IMG/VR virus record: IMGVR_UViG_3300005253_000015
Location: 32,001-96,000 of that record
Direction: 5' to 3' (one strand)
DNA length: 64,000 bases
Source of the DNA: a virus
The position numbers and the translations under genes were made by a program. Of the stretch, positions 28,660-37,547 are shown piece by piece. How positions within the stretch are numbered: the stretch's first letter is position 1; every line of letters begins with the position of its first letter. The notes beneath the pieces are model-generated. The model did not search any database, had not been told where the DNA came from, and worked only from the letters and a program-made list of their open reading frames with translations.

Positions 28660-29178
28660 ATGGAAGATGCTGGTTTTGAGAATCTTACTGTTGAACAGTT
28701 GCAAAAATATATAAAACAGACTAAAGATAGAATAGCTATTATTACTAATACTGAAAAAATTAAAAATACAATAAAAAAAGATGAAGCTCCCACTAATATT
28801 ACTGTAAACATAGAGGACATCTATACAACTAGAACCGTAATAAAAACAGAAGAGACTATTACTGCTTTTTATGAAATCGCTAGAGCTGGTGGGAAGGGGT
28901 TAATCAATCAGATATTATATAAAACGGATTCTAATGATTATACAGTACAGATTTTCCTAGATAATTATACTTTATTTGATAGAGATTATTCATATTTCTA
29001 TGATTATTCATCCATATTAGAAAATATTAGTGCCTATGACCTAGCTGGTTATTATTATCTAAGTATTAGAACCCTAAATTTCTTAGAGAAATTTATTATA
29101 AATGTAGTTCCGAATTCGAGCATTACCTTTAATGAGATTCATGTGAAATATACCATTAGAGACGAGCATTATATATAG
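28660..29178 (+). CDS. Beta-sandwich structural protein, paralog family A
   Basis: GGKGLINQIL...DYTVQIFLD...SIRTLNF. Confidence 0.7.
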   Translation: MEDAGFENLTVEQLQKYIKQTKDRIAIITNTEKIKNTIKKDEAPTNITVNIEDIYTTRTVIKTEETITAFYEIARAGGKGLINQILYKTDSNDYTVQIFLDNYTLFDRDYSYFYDYSSILENISAYDLAGYYYLSIRTLNFLEKFIINVVPNSSITFNEIHVKYTIRDEHYI

Positions 29179-29179
29179 A

Positions 29180-29455
29180 TTACTTATTCTCTAAAGCCAT
29201 TATACGGGCTTCTAAATCTATATTTTTAGCTTCTAATTCTTCTATTTTTATTTGTTCGGGAGTTTTTTGAGGGATTATATTTCTATTTGGCGAGTCTTTC
29301 AGACTTATATTGTTTATAGAATCCCAAGAATCATAACTAACCCAATCTCCCATAGGTAAATCTAAATAATCCTTATCATCAATAGAATTATCTCTTTTAT
29401 TTATTAATTTTGAACAAATATCGTGTATTTTTCCATCTTTTATTCCTAATTTCAT
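29180..29455 (-). CDS. Small fibre-associated (chaperone-like) protein with C-terminal coiled coil
   Basis: Directly downstream of the fibre gene; LEAKNIDLEARIMALE. Confidence 0.6.
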   Translation of the reverse strand: MKLGIKDGKIHDICSKLINKRDNSIDDKDYLDLPMGDWVSYDSWDSINNISLKDSPNRNIIPQKTPEQIKIEELEAKNIDLEARIMALENK

Positions 29456-29456
29456 T

Positions 29457-29567
29457 ATTTTTAACCTAGTTTTATATATTATAAAATAGATATTAAATTA
29501 ATAAATATAACTATTAACCCCATACAGCAATAAGAGCTTGTATTTTATCATAAACAGCATTCTTACT
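29457..29567 (-). repeat. Inverted repeat, right copy
   Basis: Reverse complement of 21814..21924 with 3 mismatches. Confidence 0.9.
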
Positions 29568-32408
29568 GGGAGCGATTGTAGTCACCCCATTCCAAGAGGC
29601 AGCATAAGCAGTATTAGAAGGAGCAGTATGTAGAGCAGTAACTTGTGCTGCTGTTAAGTGTTGTTCATTAACATTTCCATTGGGAAGTGTAATACTATCG
29701 TGTGTTAAATCTCCCCCTACAGTAGCAGCATGGTCTCTTGCCGCAATATCAACTCCGTCTACAGTTCCACTAACAGTTATATTACCAGTTATATCTAGAC
29801 TTGCTACTCCAGCACCACTATTATTAATCGAAAAAACAGTAGCACCAGCATTCACCATGTCTATAGATATACTCCCAGTAGTTGCAAAAGCAAAAGCTCC
29901 ACCATTGCTATTAATACCATCAAATTGTAATGTATCTCCATCATGAACATGAGCTACGGGGGCTGGTTGTGCTTGAAAGCTTGGGGCTGCTGCGACACCA
30001 TTCCCAATCAGTATTGTTGCTGCTGCTCCAGTCGCTATTTCAGTCATAACACCAGCTCCATTAGTACAATATACCTTCCAATTATTAACTGCTGTAGGCA
30101 TATTTGTGATACTAAGAGCAGATACATCAACGCCATCAACAGTCTCAGCTCCAGCCATCGTAATATTAACGCCATTCATTTGTAGACCACCTGTTATTAC
30201 TAAGGCATTAGCTTCTATATAAGCATGTGCCTCTGCGTCAGTATATTTTTGACCAAAAGCCATAGCATCTTGAGCCGCAGAACCATTACCAAGACCAGTT
30301 ATTTTAGAAGTTCCCATAACGATTGGAATACCCATTGTTAATTCAGTGGCAGTCATAGTCATTTTAGCAGAATTATTAATTCTAAAAACAACACTTTGAC
30401 CAGTAGCAGCATTCAATAAAGTAAGTCCAGTAGCATTTTGTGCTAAAGCATAATTAGTTCCAGATAACATATCTCTATGACTAAAAACCATCCAATCAGC
30501 AGTCGTACTTCCTAATGCTGCTCTTCCAAAAGTAAAGGTTAAATCCTCATCGGCAGAAGTAATAACTTGAGTGCCGTGAAGGGTCATACCAGCCGAGTTG
30601 ATTAGCGGAGTGTAATTATCCCCGACAGTATAATTAGGGTCTTCCTTCTCTCCATAAGCATCTAAATAAAAATAATCAGTAGAATCTCCAAAACATTTAA
30701 TATGTATTCTATTTACACCAGAAACCATATTATCATCAGTAGAGACATTATTGGCTTCTAATACATCATTTACATATATATCTTGAGTGTTATCTGCTCT
30801 CCATACTAACTGAACATGATATAAAATATTATTTGAAACAACAATAAGAGCAACCCACGCAGCTCCGTTATAATAATCCATACTACTTGCTGTTATACGG
30901 AGGCGATTTATATAACCGACGCCTCCTTCAAAAGTATAAAACTCCCAATATTTTGTTACATCATTAGTTCCAATCCAGAATTCATGAGTTCCACTTGTAG
31001 CCTGAGTTATGCTATGATATATGGTTGGATCTTCTCCTCCAGTAGCATCATCTTGTAATCGTAATACTTTTTTATGACCTTGCCATTCATCAACAATAAT
31101 ACATTCTCCATCATAGAGAGTTGCTGCATCTATAAATGGTATATCTGTACCTTCCGTACCTACAGGCACATCCTTAAAATTATATGTAGCCCAGAATATT
31201 CCAGCTTCAATCCCACCTTTTATATTTCCTATGCTCTTTATATCGTTTCCATCCATAACAATATTGCCACTCATCTGTCCGCCAGTAAGGGGTAGCATTA
31301 AGTCTGCATATTCCTTTACTGTAGTATTTGTAGGAACTTTTACATCACTGTTAGCTAATGCGGCAATATCGCCCAACGTAGTTATAGTAGCCCCAGTACC
31401 TATTTTTATACTTGATTTAACGGTTAATATTCCACCTGTGGTAAGACTCATAGCACCATCATTTTGGGCATCATCAGAATCTCTCCAAACAAATCCTCTA
31501 TCAGCATCAGGGTTCATAGTAAAGGTCATAGCCCAGTCATTAAGTCCTCCATAGGTCATAGCACTATGCATACCAATAGTATAAACACTCAAATTATATA
31601 CTCTAAGTTTGTCGTAATCTGATTCGGCTCGAGTTGATATTCTATTAACATTGTTGATATCATAAAAACCCATATCAATATCACCATTCATAGTATCCCC
31701 AACAAGTTTAAGATAAACATCTGCTGCCGCTATTGCTGCAACAGCTTCAGCATCTGTATAGACTGCATGAAGTGCAGCCACTTGAGCAGCAGAAATATGT
31801 TCATAGACAGTACCAGCATTTATATTAGCTAAGTCATTATGATTTAAATCTCCTGCTACTGTCGCAGTATGATGTGCAGTAGCAACCCCTGTATGAGTGG
31901 ATATTAAAGCATCTATTGCAATATCAATAGTACCAGCGGGATTAGTATTTTGCACAACAATTCTTGCATCTACTTCTGCATCAGTGTATTTAGCATGATG
32001 GTCTCCAGCTATTGCTTTATGTGTTGCTATTAGTGAATCTATAGCATTATCTATGGATTGACCATCTACTATTTCTGCTATAATAATAGTTTCTACTTCT
32101 GTAGTTGTGCTATTAGCATCTATTAATATATCCATTGCAGCTATCTTGTCATAAACAGCATTTTGACTTGGAGCATGTGTAGTGTCTCCATTCCAACCAA
32201 CTCCATAGACATCATCCTCTATTAATGCTACGGCAGCAGCGGCTATTGATTCGATTTTGTCATATACAGCATTCTTGCTGGGTGCTACATCAGTAATAGC
32301 ATTCCAAGCAGCAGCATATACATCATCGGATATTAATTCGTCAATAGCCTTAATTATCTCGATGTCTACATTCTCATTTAGCATAAGTCGTCTAAAATTA
32401 TTACTCAT
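29514..32408 (-). CDS. Long mosaic fibre/spike protein with a central lectin-like domain
   Basis: APS.NAVYDKI motifs at both ends, His-rich fibre repeats, G.M.G.I.M repeats, ConA-like insert. Confidence 0.85.
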   Translation of the reverse strand: MSNNFRRLMLNENVDIEIIKAIDELISDDVYAAAWNAITDVAPSKNAVYDKIESIAAAAVALIEDDVYGVGWNGDTTHAPSQNAVYDKIAAMDILIDANSTTTEVETIIIAEIVDGQSIDNAIDSLIATHKAIAGDHHAKYTDAEVDARIVVQNTNPAGTIDIAIDALISTHTGVATAHHTATVAGDLNHNDLANINAGTVYEHISAAQVAALHAVYTDAEAVAAIAAADVYLKLVGDTMNGDIDMGFYDINNVNRISTRAESDYDKLRVYNLSVYTIGMHSAMTYGGLNDWAMTFTMNPDADRGFVWRDSDDAQNDGAMSLTTGGILTVKSSIKIGTGATITTLGDIAALANSDVKVPTNTTVKEYADLMLPLTGGQMSGNIVMDGNDIKSIGNIKGGIEAGIFWATYNFKDVPVGTEGTDIPFIDAATLYDGECIIVDEWQGHKKVLRLQDDATGGEDPTIYHSITQATSGTHEFWIGTNDVTKYWEFYTFEGGVGYINRLRITASSMDYYNGAAWVALIVVSNNILYHVQLVWRADNTQDIYVNDVLEANNVSTDDNMVSGVNRIHIKCFGDSTDYFYLDAYGEKEDPNYTVGDNYTPLINSAGMTLHGTQVITSADEDLTFTFGRAALGSTTADWMVFSHRDMLSGTNYALAQNATGLTLLNAATGQSVVFRINNSAKMTMTATELTMGIPIVMGTSKITGLGNGSAAQDAMAFGQKYTDAEAHAYIEANALVITGGLQMNGVNITMAGAETVDGVDVSALSITNMPTAVNNWKVYCTNGAGVMTEIATGAAATILIGNGVAAAPSFQAQPAPVAHVHDGDTLQFDGINSNGGAFAFATTGSISIDMVNAGATVFSINNSGAGVASLDITGNITVSGTVDGVDIAARDHAATVGGDLTHDSITLPNGNVNEQHLTAAQVTALHTAPSNTAYAASWNGVTTIAPSKNAVYDKIQALIAVWG

Positions 32409-32514
32409 AATAATTTATGGGGCGTTAAAATATTTTAAACTTACTTTTTTATAGTTTTTTACCAATATTATTATGGAATGAAAAAAGTGGATATTAATAA
32501 CCTAACTATTATAT

Positions 32515-32817
32515 TTGAGTAATACTGGTATGAATATGACTAATGTAGAATATAAGGTATCGCTATATCCATCTAAGTATGTGGGTTATCAATCTAAAGC
32601 ACAAGGAGATGGAATAGTTAAGACTTATATTAGTACTATATGGAAAATGTGTGACTCTGATTTTTTTAAATTTGTTTTTTGGTTAGATTTTATAACGGTT
32701 TTAGAAAGGGTTTGCTTAGAAAGGGGATTTCAAAAGATTAAAATGATAAATAGGTGTAAACCATATAAAAAACATAATTGTAAAATGGAATGGGTAGCAT
32801 ATAATCTATGTTTTTGA
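32515..32817 (+). CDS. Hypothetical protein (start uncertain)
   Basis: 100-aa ORF. Confidence 0.55.
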   Translation: MSNTGMNMTNVEYKVSLYPSKYVGYQSKAQGDGIVKTYISTIWKMCDSDFFKFVFWLDFITVLERVCLERGFQKIKMINRCKPYKKHNCKMEWVAYNLCF

Positions 32818-33036
32818 GAGATATGGTGGGTATGGGAACATTGCTGCTCCAGCTAGCTTCCAGTGTAAACTCACTTTCACACCCATTATAAAAATTTATT
32901 ATTTGAAATAATACATTTTTCACTTATTAGTGTAAAGCCACCTTTAAATACATTATTAGATATAACGGCTCTACCTCTAATAATATTCCAAATTAGTTTT
33001 AATTTTAAAAATCTCATAAATAATTAAATATCTGTA

Positions 33037-33051
33037 TGTTAACTTTATAAA
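33037..33051 (-). promoter_or_regulatory. TATA promoter motif TTTATAAAGTTAACA, copy 1
   Basis: Identical 15-mer at 53576 and 56555, each about 20 nt before an ATG. Confidence 0.65.
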
Positions 33052-33274
33052 CTTATGGTTTACACTTATAAATCTATATGCCCATTATTATTTTGATGAC
33101 TGTTAAAAAGAATACTAAAAAAAGGAATTCATATTCTGGAAAGCTTTATATAAGACGTACTAGTAATCCCTTTTCATATAGTAAAAGTTCAAATCTTTTT
33201 AAATGTAAATGTAGTAAAAAGTAGTTTTTTACCACAAACTAACTTTTTTATAGACTTAATCCTAAGTTATTATT

Positions 33275-34057
33275 ATGACTAAAGGAATTTATACTAAAAG
33301 GAAAGGAATAGGATTCTCAAGTACAGTTATTATATATCTTAGTCTTATAGTGTTTTATGGCGTTTTTCATCCAGCATCCCCAAGTTCACCACTAACCCTA
33401 AACACAATGATAATGCTTGGTGTATATATGCTTATTGGATTGGCTTCTGTTGATTATAAACCAATTAGTATGATGATAGAGAGAGTCTGGAATATGAACT
33501 GCCAAGATGGTGTTAGTGATAATTCAAAATTCCAAACTATTAAGTCTTATATTGCTATGAATGTTAACCAATGGAATAAGTATAATACGTTATATGCTAA
33601 TATTGTTGAGGGTAATACTAAAGCAGTATGGAGTACAAAAGATAGTATTAAAGAACATTTACTCAGAATTCCGAAAGGGCAGCTTAATATAAAGCAATTT
33701 ATATGGATTGTTGTATATGTTGGCTATAATGTCATAAAGGGTAATGGATATTTACCATTTCTAACTCCAGATTACTCAGATATAGATTTCCTAATTGATT
33801 TTGTGGGAGTTGGGTTTTTCTCATTCACAAGTGGTACTATTATAGGGCTTGGAAGTTATATGGAAAAACTGTTTGAGTCAATTAAACCAGATAAACTAAT
33901 TAAAGTAGAAGAAAGCTTAAGATTAATTGAGCAAAATATTATATTTGGAGCACGACATTTTGGGTTCTTGCGAGATGTTGTTGAAGTTGAATGCGAAAAA
34001 TGTGTAGATGAAATAGTACCAGTAGCTAGTACTAAAAAAGCTACGGCAAAAACATAG
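33275..34057 (+). CDS. Multi-pass membrane protein with internal duplication
   Basis: Two TM-hairpin + helical halves. Confidence 0.75.
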   Translation: MTKGIYTKRKGIGFSSTVIIYLSLIVFYGVFHPASPSSPLTLNTMIMLGVYMLIGLASVDYKPISMMIERVWNMNCQDGVSDNSKFQTIKSYIAMNVNQWNKYNTLYANIVEGNTKAVWSTKDSIKEHLLRIPKGQLNIKQFIWIVVYVGYNVIKGNGYLPFLTPDYSDIDFLIDFVGVGFFSFTSGTIIGLGSYMEKLFESIKPDKLIKVEESLRLIEQNIIFGARHFGFLRDVVEVECEKCVDEIVPVASTKKATAKT

Positions 34058-34116
34058 AGATATGAGGGTATATAAAATAGCCAATTTTATTCCTCTGCGA
34101 ATTTAACCCTCTATCT

Positions 34117-34443
34117 CTACCTTCTTATTGTTTTCTCCATCATAGCATTACTACGATTACGGTGTATATTTATAAGTTGTTGCTTTCTTTTATGACTAAA
34201 CTTCTTTATTTTAAGTTCACGTTTATGTGATATATGTCTTGCCTCTTTCTTACCTCTATGCTGAAACTCTTCTAAATATTCCATATAGAGATTTCCATGA
34301 AAACGTTTTGTAAATTTAGCTTGAGACTTTTTATGCTGCATATACCTTCTTTTAGGATTATCTGTCATACCAGTGTAATATATGGAACTTCCATTATTAC
34401 AACATCTTAAGATATAAACATAATGACTATAAATTTTATTCAC
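34117..34443 (-). CDS. GIY-YIG endonuclease
   Basis: HYVYILRC..IYYTGMTDNPKRR..QH..AKFT, RELKIKK. Confidence 0.9.
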   Translation of the reverse strand: MNKIYSHYVYILRCCNNGSSIYYTGMTDNPKRRYMQHKKSQAKFTKRFHGNLYMEYLEEFQHRGKKEARHISHKRELKIKKFSHKRKQQLINIHRNRSNAMMEKTIRR

Positions 34444-34501
34444 CTAAAAATGAGAGTACATCAAACAAAATAAAGAAAATAATTATTTAAACTTATTTTA
34501 T

Positions 34502-34690
34502 TTAGTCCACTTCAGTATAAATTGGGTCGAATGTTCTTATAGGTTTTAACTCATCTTTATCTATTATTTGAAGACTGTGATATCTATGCTTACGCTCAAA
34601 TCTTTTTAGTTTCTTATTAGCTACAAAATTATGTGCGTGAATAGGCACATATGTTTTACAATCGAGGCACACACGGACACGAAGGCTCAG
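34502..34690 (-). CDS. 62-aa CxxC/HxxH zinc-finger protein, CTG start
   Basis: GGAGGT SD, (M)SLRVRVCLDCKTYVPIH...FERKHRYH. Confidence 0.7.
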   Translation of the reverse strand: MSLRVRVCLDCKTYVPIHAHNFVANKKLKRFERKHRYHSLQIIDKDELKPIRTFDPIYTEVD

Positions 34691-35304
34691 AATAGATAAC
34701 CTCCCTCTTTTTTTAAATATTCTACTGCTTTAATTAATATTAATGGATTATCATTTGATAAACCTATTACTGAGTTACATTTAGCACATAATAATCCTCT
34801 TACTAATACTTTATTATTATAACTAAAATTATGGTTATGGTCAATGGTAAATTTCCTTCCATTATTATTTGATGTACCACAAATAGCACATCTTTCTTTT
34901 TGTATATTTAATATAGCCTCATAATCTTCTAAAGTCATATTATAATATCTTTTCAAATTAGCTTTTCGTAGATATCCTCTAAATTTATCTTTATTTTCAC
35001 TCCTGATTTCGCCTCTCCGTTTCTTTATTCTCTCTTTATTTTTATGATAATATCTATTATATGTTGATTTTGTCTGCTCCCTATGATGATTAATATATTC
35101 TCTTTCTCTTTTTAGAAATCTTTCTATATTGTTCTTACGATGCTCTTTAAGATATTTATTACGACACTTCTTACAACGTGAAGCGAAACCACCCTTTCTT
35201 GATTTATCACTATGAAAGTATTCTACTGTTAATGGTAGATTTCTGTTACACCCCGTACACAGTCTTGTTTTTATATCATCAATACATACTTTTACTCTTA
35301 TCAT
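34687..35304 (-). CDS. Endonuclease VII-family homing endonuclease
   Basis: YNMTLEDY...Q..RCAICG, IDHNH, VRGLLCAKCN..IG..NDNP..L.KA.EYL. Confidence 0.9.
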   Translation of the reverse strand: MIRVKVCIDDIKTRLCTGCNRNLPLTVEYFHSDKSRKGGFASRCKKCRNKYLKEHRKNNIERFLKREREYINHHREQTKSTYNRYYHKNKERIKKRRGEIRSENKDKFRGYLRKANLKRYYNMTLEDYEAILNIQKERCAICGTSNNNGRKFTIDHNHNFSYNNKVLVRGLLCAKCNSVIGLSNDNPLILIKAVEYLKKEGGYLF

Positions 35305-35549
35305 CTAATCATCTCCCGTGTAATATATTTTATTTTTATATTTTCATCTTTTACCCTCTCTTGCCATGTTACCCAAAGGTTCTTATTTAACCCATATGAT
35401 AGATTTTTTAATTCCACTTCTTTTTCTTTAGTTAAATATACACATTTCTCTCCACATACGTGACAGAGAGTAAAATAAAAATCACTCTTATCTGGAATTG
35501 TTAATGTAAGAAAATCACAATTTGGACATTTTTTCATTATCATTATCAA
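35301..35549 (-). CDS. Zinc-ribbon protein
   Basis: CPNC...CHVC. Confidence 0.65.
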   Translation of the reverse strand: MIMIMKKCPNCDFLTLTIPDKSDFYFTLCHVCGEKCVYLTKEKEVELKNLSYGLNKNLWVTWQERVKDENIKIKYITREMIR

Positions 35550-35554
35550 TAGTC

Positions 35555-35905
35555 TTAATCATCTCTCACTAATTCTTTAAAATATCTATTTATAAAATTG
35601 ATATAGCTTTCAAGATAGCTATGTTTTCTACCAGATTTAGCTCTTCTAATTATAATATCGTATATAGGGAAGTCTTTTTCATACATAGAACGCAGTTTCA
35701 TATAGACCTTATTTGAATCAATCTCTATCTTTCTTTCCATTAATGCCATTTTTTCAAGTCTTTCATTCTCTTCCCTATCTCTTTCCCTAAGCTTTCTTTT
35801 TATTTCATCAGTATATGCTTTAGTCTTTTCTATAGCCAAGCCAATAGGTATGATTTTAGGTTGTTTCTTAGATTTACCCAAGCTACCGAAGTCAAATTCT
35901 GGCAT
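35555..35905 (-). CDS. Hypothetical protein
   Basis: 116 aa, coupled to upstream ORF. Confidence 0.6.
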   Translation of the reverse strand: MPEFDFGSLGKSKKQPKIIPIGLAIEKTKAYTDEIKRKLRERDREENERLEKMALMERKIEIDSNKVYMKLRSMYEKDFPIYDIIIRRAKSGRKHSYLESYINFINRYFKELVRDD

Positions 35906-36144
35906 TATTTATTTAATTCCTCAGAATATATTTTTATAATTCTAATTTCTTCATCTGTTAAATCTATTTTAACTCCCTTTTTTATAAACGTTGATACAAC
36001 CTTTGGCATTATACTGAATAATATACTTCTGAAAAACTCACTTTTATTAACAAATTTATCCATTAATTCCTTTTGTTTTTTATTTACCGTAAATGAATAT
36101 CTGTGTTCTTTCTTATACTCTTCTGGTAATTTAGGTCGTGTCAT
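35905..36144 (-). CDS. RHH-like DNA-binding protein
   Basis: RPKLPE..K..RYSFTV..NKSEFFR. Confidence 0.65.
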   Translation of the reverse strand: MTRPKLPEEYKKEHRYSFTVNKKQKELMDKFVNKSEFFRSILFSIMPKVVSTFIKKGVKIDLTDEEIRIIKIYSEELNK

Positions 36145-36215
36145 ATTTTTATATCTTATTTATACTATATTTATTCGATAATTATATTAAGTAATAATGA
36201 TTTAAAAGTATTACT

Positions 36216-36614
36216 ATGGTAGAATGGTTAGCAATTAATTTTGTAACGGGAGACCAAAAAGAAGAAATTAGAAATAGAGATAAATCTGCTTTTTTTCGTA
36301 TGGAAAATGATAATTTAAAGAGGGCATATAAAAATTTTAATAATAATAAAGAAATCGTTATTTATACAAACATAATAGCGAAAGTTGCTGAGTTAGAAGG
36401 GTGGCTCTATCTTAGTTATATAGATTTTTTTAAATGGAATTCTATAACATATTTTGCTGCTATAATAGAAAGGGCTGGTTTTGGTGATAAGGATGAATTG
36501 AAGGAATTCTTAGTTAAACTATATGGTATGGAGCTTTTTGGAGACCATTTAGATGAAAAACCTTTCTTATATTATATAGAGTTTGACTATACACCATTTC
36601 CAAAACACATATGA
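36216..36614 (+). CDS. Hypothetical protein
   Basis: 132 aa, leaderless after TATA. Confidence 0.6.
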   Translation: MVEWLAINFVTGDQKEEIRNRDKSAFFRMENDNLKRAYKNFNNNKEIVIYTNIIAKVAELEGWLYLSYIDFFKWNSITYFAAIIERAGFGDKDELKEFLVKLYGMELFGDHLDEKPFLYYIEFDYTPFPKHI

Positions 36615-36650
36615 AATTTTTTATAGTAGAAAATAAATATATTATTCATA

Positions 36651-36941
36651 ATGGAAGAACAGAAATTTAGTGTGTGCAATCTTGCTATGGATACTGTAAT
36701 ATTAAAAATAGCTGCACTGAAATCTAAAGGTGTTGAAAGTATTCTTAGAGAAATACAGATGAATGATGAAGATTTAACAGAAGGTCGTATAGCTTTGGAA
36801 TTGGACGATATTTATGAATATTGTGTATTAAAAGAGCCAAGTGACCCCGACCAACCTTATATGGAAAAAATAGTTAAAGCTTTTATGATTGAGCTTCCTA
36901 ATAGCGATGATTATATAAAATTATATAATTGGGATATATAA
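36651..36941 (+). CDS. Hypothetical protein
   Basis: 96 aa. Confidence 0.6.
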   Translation: MEEQKFSVCNLAMDTVILKIAALKSKGVESILREIQMNDEDLTEGRIALELDDIYEYCVLKEPSDPDQPYMEKIVKAFMIELPNSDDYIKLYNWDI

Positions 36942-37028
36942 TATTTTCTCTTCAAAATATTTCATCTATATATTACTCTTTTTGTTGTATTAAAATTTTT
37001 ATATGTAGAAAATAATTTAAATAGTATA

Positions 37029-37160
37029 ATGGCAAGAACAAAAAGTGATGATATCCAAGAAATCATTGATGATATAAAATCTGGTAAAAGGGATTGGCGA
37101 AGGATGATGTCAACATTCCCTCAACCAACTTCATGTCCTATTAATAATAAAGATAGATAG
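37029..37160 (+). CDS. 43-aa ORF in frame with 37173..37547 across one TAG
   Basis: MARTKSDDIQEII...NKDR*CWCIMVR. Confidence 0.5.
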   Translation: MARTKSDDIQEIIDDIKSGKRDWRRMMSTFPQPTSCPINNKDR

Positions 37161-37172
37161 TGTTGGTGCATA

Positions 37173-37547
37173 ATGGTAAGAGGTGTAGAGTATCAGACTG
37201 ATGAGGCAACTGACGCACTATATATATGTGAGATTGAGTTTGATAAAAAGTTTTGTGTGCCACAAAAAACAGATATGGTTGGAGAAAGATGTTTAAATCA
37301 TTATTTTTCTGATGGTTTTGACAGAGACGGTATATCTTATGTAGTGAGGAATTATTCATTAGGAATCCCGCAAGAAGAAGCTGAAGTTGACAATAAAGAT
37401 ATTATTGATATTGGTATTGTAACGGATGGTGAAAAGTGTTGGTGGTTTTATCCTGAATATGAAGGTGCAATAAGAGGGCTTGCATCCCAAAGTAGAATTT
37501 TTTATGAAAAAGAAGTGTTAACAATGAGGGAATGGTTGGGAGAATAA
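37173..37547 (+). CDS. Cys-containing protein with C-terminal TMREW motif
   Basis: Ends VLTMREWLGE like the ORFs at 23-940. Confidence 0.7.
   Translation: MVRGVEYQTDEATDALYICEIEFDKKFCVPQKTDMVGERCLNHYFSDGFDRDGISYVVRNYSLGIPQEEAEVDNKDIIDIGIVTDGEKCWWFYPEYEGAIRGLASQSRIFYEKEVLTMREWLGE

Noticed and set aside
21814-29567. Diversity-generating retroelement TR/VR pair at the spike C-termini
   Set aside because: No reverse transcriptase in the window; differences are synonymous and not adenine-specific; both copies encode the same peptide
15166-32408. Tailed-virus (Caudoviricetes) tail module
   Set aside because: Fibre-like proteins are present, but no terminase, portal, tube, sheath or baseplate is recognisable here; cannot be excluded outside the window
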